This document shows, piece by piece, positions 1-9,800 of a stretch of 20,000 bases of DNA. Location: the NCBI GenBank assembly GCA_010093815.1, contig ML996575.1. One strand, given 5' to 3'. Each line of letters starts with the position of its first letter. Position 1 is the first letter of the stretch. The stretch is from Pseudovirgaria hyperparasitica (taxonomy: Eukaryota). The position numbers were made by a program, and so were the translations under genes. The notes beneath the pieces are model-generated. The model saw only the letters and a list, made by a program, of their open reading frames with translations, was not told the DNA's origin and searched no databases.

Positions 1-8
1 TAGTCTTA

Positions 9-395
9 AGGGATGTTTGAAATCTCAGGTCGACTTTTGACTTCGAAAATAACCGTATTCACAAGTGTATAGACGCCGTCCGGACGCCACCCAGTCAAAG
101 AAATTTATTGGATTTGATGAATTTTAGGCGAACTTAAATCGTCGACAGATAAAAAATACTAAACCCCTATAAAGATATCGATTTTAACTTATAATCACGC
201 CTAAAATGGGTGGGTTTAGCGACCCCAAATCGGAGCCTTATTCCTTTAGCTCCACACCATCTCATAATCCCAGTTATTAGCTCGAATTCCAAGCTGAGGG
301 TGGGGGTGGGATGAGATTCAAAGGCAGAATATGGGGTGATCGGGGGTTTAAAAAAATGTTAAGAGTGACCTTTACCGAAGATTTCAAACACCCCC
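9..395. mobile_element. Putative non-autonomous DNA transposon (MITE-like), ~387 bp
   Basis: Terminal inverted repeats: 9-25 AGGGATGTTTGAAATCT vs reverse complement of 379-395 GGGGGTGTTTGAAATCT (15/17; both mismatches A/G transitions). Flanked by TA at 7-8 and 396-397 (TTA...TAA). No ORF inside; AT-rich; internal imperfect inverted repeat (ATCTCAT..CCC ~259-271 / GGGATGAGAT 308-317). Confidence 0.6.
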
Positions 396-432
396 TAAAG
401 GAACGTCTTCTATCGTAATATTCATCTTTACC

Positions 433-1330
433 ATAGCATCAGCAACCACCAGCCAGCACCCTACCCTCCAACACAAAAACTGCGCATCCTTCGGCGTAAC
501 CTCCGGGATCGACCTCGCAGACTTCACCGTCATAGGCCGCAGCACCGAACCGGGCAACTGGGTCGTATAAACCCTCAGCCTCTCCACCGGCGCAACAGCC
601 GCAACCTTCATCCAGGCCGACCTCATGAGTCACCACCCACCATCGCAGGCGCCCTCGCCGCTGCACAACACGCCCAAGCATGCATGGAGGCCCATCCCCG
701 CTGCTCCTGGACGCTTTGGATGCCCTGGCTGGCTAGGGGCGACGGCAGCGACGGCGGCAACGGCGGAGGCATTGTGCCTGTCGCGGGCCGAGAACCGGTT
801 CGTGAGACTACCTAAAGTCATTGCCGCTTTTCATGCCCGAGATGCACCTGTATCTATCTACTATCTATAAGCTATAGTATAGTATATCAAGTACCTATTA
901 AGTATGATAATTAATATTTAATCTACTACTATTAAACGTCAAAGACTAAAATGTTATTTTATAGAGTTCTATTACTTTGATAAGGTGCTACGTTTGATAC
1001 TAGTATTGTTCTATCATGAGCAGCATGGACCCTATACCGAACCGCCAGGGTTCATGCAGCACAGCCTCGACAATCTCCACCACGAGCACACACGGTTCGG
1101 ATTCTGGAATGCACTGATGAGCGAGCATGATCTGGGGTTTATGTACGTGCAGGAAGCGGGTGGCGCATTGTTGCGATGGCGATGCTGGGTACGAGGACAA
1201 AGGTTGTAACTTATGGGGGATCCCGGGTTATCGGGCGGTTTGGCACGACGCCGGAAGTGGCGGGCGCGGAATGTGATTGGGTATGTGCTGATGCCGGAGG
1301 TGTTGGAGAAGGATCGGTTTGGGTTTTATG
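433..1330 (+). pseudogene. Degenerate short-chain dehydrogenase/reductase (SDR)-like pseudogene
   Basis: The frame from 433 reads (ATA)ASATTSQHPTLQHKNCASFGVTSGIDLADFTVIGRSTEPGNWVV*TLSLSTGATAATFIQADLMS, resembling the SDR Rossmann N-terminus (GxTSGIG, TVIGR, FIQADL). The start appears as accATA (ATG>ATA) and there is an in-frame TAA at 568-570 (possible CAA>TAA), both RIP-type changes. Downstream pieces (ALCLSR ~770-786; 1020-1330 in shifting frames) are interrupted by an AT-rich block. The 3' boundary is approximate. Confidence 0.5.
848..1015. repeat. AT/TpA-rich RIP-like degenerate segment inside the SDR-like pseudogene
   Basis: Abrupt drop in GC with abundant TA and scarce CA/TG dinucleotides (e.g. 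tatctatctactatctataagctatagtatagtatatc), flanked by GC-rich coding-like sequence. Confidence 0.5.
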
Positions 1331-1717
1331 TGGGATGTTTAGTCGGCTGGGTATGGATATGGATTCACAGAGTTATCAGATACAAACTCTATCAAAGTGA
1401 TGCCTGAGGCACAAATAATCACGCCGAAGGTTACATTTCCTCCGAGGTCCCCTATCCAGACATCCACAGCCTTTTGCAACATCTTACACCTCCCTTCGTG
1501 CTAAGACAACATCAACATGCTTTCAGTCCGTATTCAATCAACACACAATATGCTGAGCATCGTCTCCACTCCGCTGCTACTGTACGAGTGCCAGCTAGCC
1601 CCACAACATTACTAATATGAAAGACGGAGAACGACGGGTGTAACCGCAACAATTTTCGTGTCCAGCAATGTCGTCGTCGACAGCACACATCAACGCAAAC
1701 AACGCCTTCACGGTACC

Positions 1718-3117
1718 ATGTCAGTAAGGATCGCCTCACTGCAAACATATCTGCGTACGTCAATCAATCAATCAATCCACACAAGTCTACTCTTCCGACA
1801 TATCATGATTATCATCTGACATCTCTCCCCCCCCCCAAAGGCCTCCCAACGACAGCATCATCCCATCTCCCCCACCTCCTCACCCCTCTCCGACCACCCC
1901 TTTTCCCGCAACGAAGAACCCTCACAAACACCACATCCCGCACAATGGCCTCAATGTACGCCCACGCAAACGCACACTCAAACTCAAACACAAACACAAA
2001 CACCCCTAAGCCCCCCAACGACACCACTCCCTCCAGCCCCGGCCAAACCGCATGGTCCACCCCCGGCCGCGCCGCCCGCGATTTCCGCAGCGACACAATC
2101 ACCACCCCAACAGCCTCCATGCTCTCCGCCATCACACACACCACCCTCCTCGACGACTGCTACGTCGAAGACCCAACCACCAACGAGCTCGAGGCCCTCT
2201 GCGCCCGCCTCACAGCCCATGAATCCGCCCTCTTCGTCCTCAGCGGCACAATGGGCAACCAAGTCGCCCTCCGCACCCACCTCGGCGCCCCGCCCCACGC
2301 CGTCCTCCTCGACGCCCGCTCCCACATCATGGTCCACGAAGCCGGCGGTCTCGCCAGCCTCAGCGGCGCCCTCGCCCAGACCGTCCTCCCCGCAAACTCC
2401 CACCACCTCACCCTCCCCGACATCACCCGCCACGCCGTCCTCACCGACGACATCCACTCCTGCCCCACACGGATCATCTGTCTCGAAAACACCCTCCACG
2501 GCACCGTCATGCCCCTCGCCGAAGTCCAGCGCATCACCGCCTGGGCCCACGCCCACGGCATCCTCGTCCATCTCGACGGCGCCCGGCTCTGGGAGGCCGT
2601 CGCCAGCGGCGCAGGCACACTCGCCGAGTACGCGTCTGCCGTCGACAGCGTGAGTCTGTGCTTTAGCAAGGGCCTTGGGGCGCCGATCGGCAGCATGCTA
2701 GTCGGCAACAAGGCGTTCATCAAGCGCGCGCGCTGGATCCGGAAGTGTTTCGGCGGGGGCACGAGGATGTCGGGGGTGTTGACGGCGGCGGCGCGGAGCG
2801 CGATCGAGGACACGTTTCTTGGCGGGCGGTTGGAGGGGAGTCATCGGAATGCGCGGCGGGTGGCGGAGGTGTGGCGCGGGTTGGGGGGCAAGCTGGTGTA
2901 TCCGGTTGAGACGAATATGGTTTGGCTGGATCTGGAGGCGCATGGGATTGCGGTGGAGCGGTTTGTCGAGGCTGCGGGACGGCGGGGGTTGGTTGTTATG
3001 GGGGGCCGGCTTGTTGTGCATTATCAGATTTGTGAGGATGCGCTTGTGCAGCTTGAGGGGGTGCTTAGGGGGCTGTTGGCCGGGGAGGAGGGCGTTGATG
3101 GCGGCGCGGAAGCATGA
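1718..3117 (+). CDS. GLY1: Low-specificity L-threonine aldolase (PLP-dependent, beta-eliminating lyase family). Long form: exons 1718-1754 + 1841-3117 (437 aa). Short form from ATG 1945 (390 aa)
   Basis: Motifs DFRSDT, SGTMGNQ, CLENT, HLDGAR, SLCFSKGLGAPIGS (PLP lysine) and VETNMV. The catalytic part 1945-3117 is very secure. The upstream exon is inferred from intron 1755-1840 (GTACGT...CTGAC...C10-AAAG), which joins ATG 1718 in frame. Confidence 0.93.
1761..1776 (+). repeat. (CAAT)4 microsatellite within the predicted GLY1 intron
   Basis: caatcaatcaatcaat read directly. Confidence 0.85.
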
Positions 3118-3563
3118 AGCAGGGGACGCTCTGCCGCTCAAAAACAGAATTGGGTTAGACAGTCGTGTTTTCATGCATTTTATAGACGATTCTGAGCGGT
3201 TTGCGCCTTTCATGGTTGTCCTTATCCTGTCGCTTCACTGAACTGAACTGAAATGACTGTGTTGGCAAAATGACTTGGCAGAACCCCCTTTTAAACGTAT
3301 ACATCCCATCTATAAAGAACAGAGGGAGACGATTGTGATTTGCTCACGGCTTGACTTCTTTGTTTTGTGTAAGAAAAAGAATGCATCATTATACTGGTGT
3401 GTGATGATTTCTCCTTCACAAGCAATACTACTGTCTTTTATCTTTCAATTTCTCAAACGACGCGAAGGAACAACGATACTAGAGCAGGTAATAAACAATC
3501 TGCACACCACTTATCACAACACGATACATACCAATCCAGACCTACCAACACGCTCCTCCCTCA

Positions 3564-5923
3564 TCACAAACTCAACCCCTCTACCCCAACCTGAGCCCCA
3601 TCATCATCACCACCAAACCCATCCATAGCCGCCTCCTCCCTCCTCTCCCTCCCCGCCCGACTAACATCCGAATACTTCGGCAAGCCCACCTTCGGATTAA
3701 CAAAATCCAGCACAACAGTATGCCAAAGCAAGCCATTCTCCGGCTTCAACACCCAGTGATTCTCGTCCGGAAACGTCAGAAACTCGCTCTCGATCCCCTT
3801 GGCCTGCAGCACGGTGAAGGCGGACAGACCCTCGGAGACGGTGAGACGGTAGTCGAGCTCCGAGTGGATGACGAGCTGCGGGGTGGCCCAGTTGGCGCAG
3901 AGGCGGGAGGGGTCCCATTGGGACCATGACTGGGGGTTTTTCCAGAGCGGGCCCTTCATGTCGTGGAAGGGGAACCAGGTTTCTTCAGAGGCGAGTTGGC
4001 CTGTCATGCTGAAGACCCCGTCGTGGCAGACTAGGGCTTTGAATTTGCGGCCGAGTGGGTTGCCTTGGATCCAGTTGATCATGAAGCCGCCTTGTGGATT
4101 GAGTGTTAGTGTCGTGGACGGCTGGTCATGGGAGTTGATCTGGACTTACCGTATGAAGCGCCGAGGGCGACGGCGTTCTTGCTGTCGATGTAGTCAACGT
4201 TGTTCTCGATCCACCACATGCAGTTGACTAGATCCTGGTAGGGCAAGCCACCCCACTGGTCCTGTATGGCGTCGCAGAAGTCCTGTCCATAACCCGTGCT
4301 CCCGGTCGGGTTGGGCATGACGACAACGTAGCCTTGCTCTGCGAAGACGGCTGGGTTCCATCTGGTGTTCCATGCATTCTGCCAGGCTCCTTGTGGTCCA
4401 CCATGGATGAGGAAAGCTAACGGGTACTTCTTTTTTTCATCAAAATTGGACGGTCGAATTACCAACGAATGTACAGACGTTGTCTTGTCGGCTCCTGTGG
4501 TCCAGAATTCAGTAATTTGGTCGGGCGACAGTCCAAAAGCTGCGCCGTTCTTCGATAATGATGAGATGACGGCCATGGAGTTTGGCTTCTTTGCATCGAC
4601 AATAGAGTAGATACTGTTGTCGACCATACTGGAGCCCGAGATCAAGATGTGGTCGTTCTCGAGGTATCGAATAGCTACGACACCATGTCAGTCACTGGGA
4701 GTAGTTATGAGTTCTTGGCATTCGACATACCCGATACATTACCAGTCGTGTGGTACTTTTTAATCACAGATGTGTCCGAAGTAGGTATCTGTTCACGATC
4801 GACACTGTACAGACACGTTTGGCCCCGGAACTCTGCAGTCAAGAAAATGGTCTTTGAGTCCTTGCTCCACGTGATGCTACCAGGCGACGAAGCCCATGCG
4901 CCCCTGCCTGTAGATTCAGGAAAGGCCGTGATGACCCAGGAGGGTTTTTCAAGGTCTGGTATGAGAAAGAGCTGGTTCTTGTCCGCCTCGTAGCCATTCT
5001 CTCGCATTCTAAGAAAGGCCGCCTGTTTGCCATCGGGAGAGAACACAAGTGACGTTGATGCGCCCTCGAAACCATAGGTTAAAGCCTCAATCGGCGGCGG
5101 AGGTCCTGGCGGGGTGAGTTCTTTCGAAAAGGGTATCGGAATGTAGTATATATTCGTCTTCGTGTTTGTCGCGGCGCTGAGCTGGGGATCCTTTGCGGTG
5201 AATATGATGCCATTGATGCTCAAATCAAAGTGATCTGCCCCGCCAAACGGGGGTATCGGGCTTTCAAGACCAGTGTCTTTCAATGCATTCGTGAGCGGAG
5301 ACAGCAGGTATTGCTTTGGGGTATCGCCTGCCATCTCAACCAGAGTTCCATACCAGATCGAGTTTCTCTCCTTGCTGATCCATTTGTCCCAGTGGCGAAC
5401 AAACGTCGACTTGTAAAGTCGCCCGGTCGTGTTGGGCTTCTTTGCGTGCTCGGGATTGTACAATTCGCCATCTGGAGTGGCAGCTGCAGTCAGAGCAATG
5501 GCATACTTGCCTTTGTCAAGCTTGACGAGCTTCAGATCGCTTATGGGAGCATCGACTGTTCCCGCTACGTAGTGGCTGTCTCTAATCAACACATGATTTG
5601 TATTACGACAACCAAATTTACCTGTCAAAGTCAAACGGGTCTCCGACTGCAATCTTGGTCGCTCCGTGCTCTCCAGGGAGAAGCAAGATAACCTTGTCAT
5701 CGATCCATTGCGGCTGACTAGCGCCCTCCGCCATTGTCACCAAGTGAGACGAATTGTCCTTTGCCTTGAGGATCCGCACCTGGGAGGTTTTGGAATGCTC
5801 CTCAAACGAGTAAGTCGAGACTGTATATAGAATCAATGACGCATCTCCATTCGGGACTCCCGCTGAGCGACGAGGCGCGCGCAGCATCACCTCTGGTGTG
5901 AACTTCTTTGCTCGGATTGTCAT
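3564..5923 (-). CDS. DPP5: Dipeptidyl-peptidase V-like serine peptidase (family S9), no signal peptide. Exons 5923-5622, 5575-4731, 4674-4150, 4090-3564; 732 aa
   Basis: N-terminus MTIRAKKFTPEVMLRAPRRS; FVRHWD; IHGGPQGAW; NPTGSTGYGQ; nucleophile GASYGG (split by intron 3), ELDYR (Asp) and PDENHW (His). Three GT-AG introns of 46, 56 and 59 nt restore one frame (2199 nt total). Confidence 0.92.
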
Positions 5924-6823
5924 GTTGCCGATTGTAGATGTCGAACAACAAGCTATGCTAGATCTTCGGATGGTGATTGGGTGAACCTTGCAAGCTTGAC
6001 TGGGATAGTAGAGAGGTGTTGGTCGCAAGGCACTGTAATGCTGTATAGCCGTCCTTGAGTCCTTGGCGGAGGGTTTACTACGTATAATTTCTGTCAAAGA
6101 CCACAATGGTCGTCTCAATCGTTGTGCCACAGTTCTCTGAAGTCTTTGGACTTCAATGATATACCAGTGAGACAGGTGACGTCGTAACGGCCATGTTTGA
6201 ACCGTGATGTCTGCTGACTAACCATATGCGGGGGTGAAGGTCGTTGCCCAGGCAAGCAAAGAAGGTGTCTGTGCTTCTCTCCAATAATGCCCTTATGGTA
6301 GATTGGGTATGATCTTCACACGAATATAGAGCTCCCGTGATTCGTGTCCTTAATTAGCTTGACAAACGGAATCCTCCTTACCAATGACTCCTCCGAGGCA
6401 CAGCACAGGTAGATCACGAACCTACGACGAAATGCTCCCGAGGCGTAACGGTCTGCATATAGTCGGACTTAACAGGATGTTAACCGAGCCGATACAATAA
6501 GTGCCACTATAACAGTCCACATAACATAGACTGTCAGGTGTCACGGCTTAAAAAGTAAGTCTGGAACATGAGAAGAAAAGAGCTTCCCGCTGTCATATCT
6601 TTCTTATACCTCCTTGACATGTCTTCCCAGACTCTAGATAGTGTATAATAGACGGACACAAACATATCTTATCTTGTACAACAAGTATAAAGACACCGCT
6701 GAGAAAATCTACCACCCTCTACTCTGCTGTAAGTTCCAAATCTGAGATGTCTGCCTCCCCTCCTTTTGCACTCTACTACCTACGCGCATTTACACCAGCG
6801 GCGGCATTGTGATTCGACACCAA

Positions 6824-9800
6824 CTAGTCACTATCGCTGTCGCCGTTCCTGGGCCCTTCTCTTTCTCTTTCCCTGGAGTTATCCCTATCCCTTGCCCTCG
6901 GCCTGGGCCTGGATCTGGAGCGGCTGACTACCCGTCGTTGCGACCTCCTGTCCGAGCTTTCAGAGCTATATCCGCGACGTCTCCTCTTCTGCCATCCATC
7001 TCTCCAGCTAGAGCCTCCATCTGCCGGCCTTCCAGACCCAAACAAACCCCGTCTCCTCCGAATACCGCTATCCTTCCTCTCATCTGCCCCGGACGAAATC
7101 AGATCCGCATCCAACCCAAACCCCTCAACCGCTCCACCCCCAACCCCACCACTGCTCTCCCCTCTCACGCCCCGGACCCCAGCCCACATCCCCTTGAGCC
7201 CATCCCACGTATTCGTAATCTCGCCCGCCCAAAGCAGCGAAATCAGGATAATCACCACCGTCAACGGCACGCCCGCCGCCCAAAACACCCATTGACTCAG
7301 CTCCATGTCGCGCACGTCCGTCGTATTCATGCCCAGAAAGCCCGCCACAAACGACAAGGGCAGGAAGATGATGGTCACGATGGTGAAGGCGTAGATGGCC
7401 GCTTCCTGCCGGTCCTTGTTGCTGTCGATCTGCCGCAGGTTCCAGGCCTCGAGCTCGCTGGCGCGCGCGTCCATCTCGGCGAATTGGTCCTTGCGGTACT
7501 CGACCCAGGCGAGTGCGTCACTGATGATCTGTGCGTCGCGGGAGCCTGGGGTGGAGTTGTAGTGTAGGCCGTGGGTGTTGGGAAATGCGCCGGCGTAGCC
7601 ACGACGTCCGCTGCCGCCGCCGACGCGCTCGGGGCGGGCGCCGAGCATACGGGTTGTGCTTGTAAATGCTTGCAGCAGGTCGGAGAGGACTTGGCGCTGC
7701 TGGTCGAGGGTTTTTGTGATTGCTTCGATTTCTTGTTTTAGCGCGGTCAGCTTGCCTTGGTGTGAGCGCTTTAAGGGGCGGGCCTGGAGGTCAAATTCCT
7801 GTGATGTGTTAGTACGTGCATTGTGATAGACTGGAAAAGTAGTGGTTTACAATCTGCTGGAAATACTCCTCGTAGGTGGCGGAAAGGTCGGGGTGTTCAC
7901 GGGTTATGTCCATGGTGAGATTGCGGACGAGCATGGACATGATGGTATCAGGTCCGGCTATGGCTTTGGATGAGAGGGATGCGCCAGCGAGCGACTTCAG
8001 GAGTTTGACCCAGCCGCGCTTCAGCATAGACTGGCTTTTGTCTAGGTGTGACTTGGCTCTGCGTATGGTACTTCTTGTCCCGTCCGCTTGTACCACACTC
8101 AAGTACATGATTATATGAAGGAAGGCTCGTTCGAACTCCTCTGGCATATTGATAGAGGTGGAAATCCCATCAATCAGCTGGGCATTGATGTACTGCATGA
8201 GTTGGACGATTGCACGAAGCTCCGTGTCGGAGCCTGAGATCTGGTTGCGACGATGCTATGTCCGTCAGTAACGCAAAGAGATACCATCTAGGAATATTGG
8301 CCTACATTTATAGAGTACCATACACCACCCCAGTACTTCCTCGAGAGGATGGAATCTACTTTTTGCGGTAGGAAGAAGTCGTAAATCACCTTCGCAGAGT
8401 GCATGTACCATGCTATACCGTTATCTTCATCTCTGAGTTTCAGTGCGCTGTAGTATGTTTCAGAAATGCTATCCCAGGAAAGTTCAGTAGCTTTTTGATA
8501 GACATTTTTCTCATAAGCGCTCGTTGCACTGAGGAGGTACGCATGGACTTCGAGCATAGCGGTTTCGATTTTGCTGATGAATTTCTTGGTCGTCTCCTTA
8601 AGTGGCTGTCCGAGAGTCGAAGTAGTTATATCTCCTCTGTTGTTATCTGAGACAACGCTCACCCCTCGGTCGCCAACTGCCCATGAAAAGACCTGGAACT
8701 GCTGTGCAGCATGAGCTGTCTTGTCCTCCTTCGAGGTGGTGTCCTTTAGGTCTTGGTTGGAACCGCGTGGAACGACGCCCGCGTCCGGATACGTATTACC
8801 TTCAGGCTCGTCACCACGAGAGATAGAGACAGCTGTGTCCTGTGATGGTGTCTGACTGTCTGTAGTGGCCTTGTTCAAAATATCGAGATCTGGTAAATGG
8901 AGCTCCGAGGTCTCGAGTTGTGCTCTCCAAACATATCCCGTTCCCCTATGTCCTTAGAAAAATCCAAAGCGGTGAATGCCATCATAAACTTACTCGAAGG
9001 ATATTTCAAGGCTCGCATTACTATGTTCCACTGCAGCCAAAGTTTGAGGCCACGTCTTGGCTGTTACCTGCTCGTTGCGAAAGGAGATCTTGAAGAGACT
9101 ATCCGCAGTTTCACGGGTCATAGGATCTGTCGATATCATTTCTGACAGGAAGTGAGAAGTAAAAGCCTGATTTTGTGAGCAGGATATCACTGGAAACTTG
9201 CTGTGCACTAACCAGCCACGTCTGACTCCTGTCCTTTGGTATCTGCCAACGTGATCCAGCGGAGTCAGCGACAACAATGTGCGACATCTGATCTGAAGGT
9301 TTATTCGTGAGCAGAATATTCTGCTTATCAACCGTTCTTTGTGGAATATTTGCAGCTGTAACAACCAAAGCTTCAGGCCATTGTCAGTCGTCTGCATGCG
9401 TCAACTGTGAGATCAACTCACAATTGTTCAACACAAGGATCCAAAACTCTGCAACATGAAAGCATTGGCCCTTTGGAGTGCTCGGAATCTGACAAACTGC
9501 TTGCTGCAAGTCTCGCTCTCTCCTCGCAGAGCCGTGCAGGAACTGCATCAAAGTCCGTGGTGGATGCAATGGCGATCTCTCCGGGAGTTCGATGGCTGTG
9601 TAGGGTTTCAATAGGAAATAAGGCAGAGCAATACAGGTTACGATCTGGTCAGGATCTAACCGCCCATCGGATTTCACGTTACTGAGATTGCACTCCCGGA
9701 GAAGGGTTGGTACCATATAGCGACCTCGATTTCCTTGAGTTGTGCGAAGGGGCTTCTCTGCTTGTCTGCGTATACGTTTGAGAACTTTTGCCATGGTATG

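Noticed and set aside
1812..3241. Multiple long overlapping or antisense ORFs over GLY1 (1984-2571, 2160-2813, 2219-2653, 2698-3213, 2819-3241)
   Set aside because: Low-complexity shadows of a GC-rich, strongly skewed coding sequence; no recognisable motifs.
3275..3628. 117 aa ORF with a His run
   Set aside because: Non-ATG start, lies in the convergent 3' UTR region, and its composition mirrors the DPP5 3' end.
5576..5582. Tandem in-frame acceptors 6 nt apart in DPP5 intron 1
   Set aside because: The proximal TAG is too close to the likely branch point, and the effect would be only 2 residues.
6391..6444. Two CCGAGG (CCTCGG, FarA-like) hexamers upstream of DPP5
   Set aside because: The hexamer is common and there is no functional link supportable from sequence alone.
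6809..7567. 252 aa + strand ORF
   Set aside because: Antisense to the last exon of the CorA-like gene; Pro/Arg-rich product explained by the C skew.
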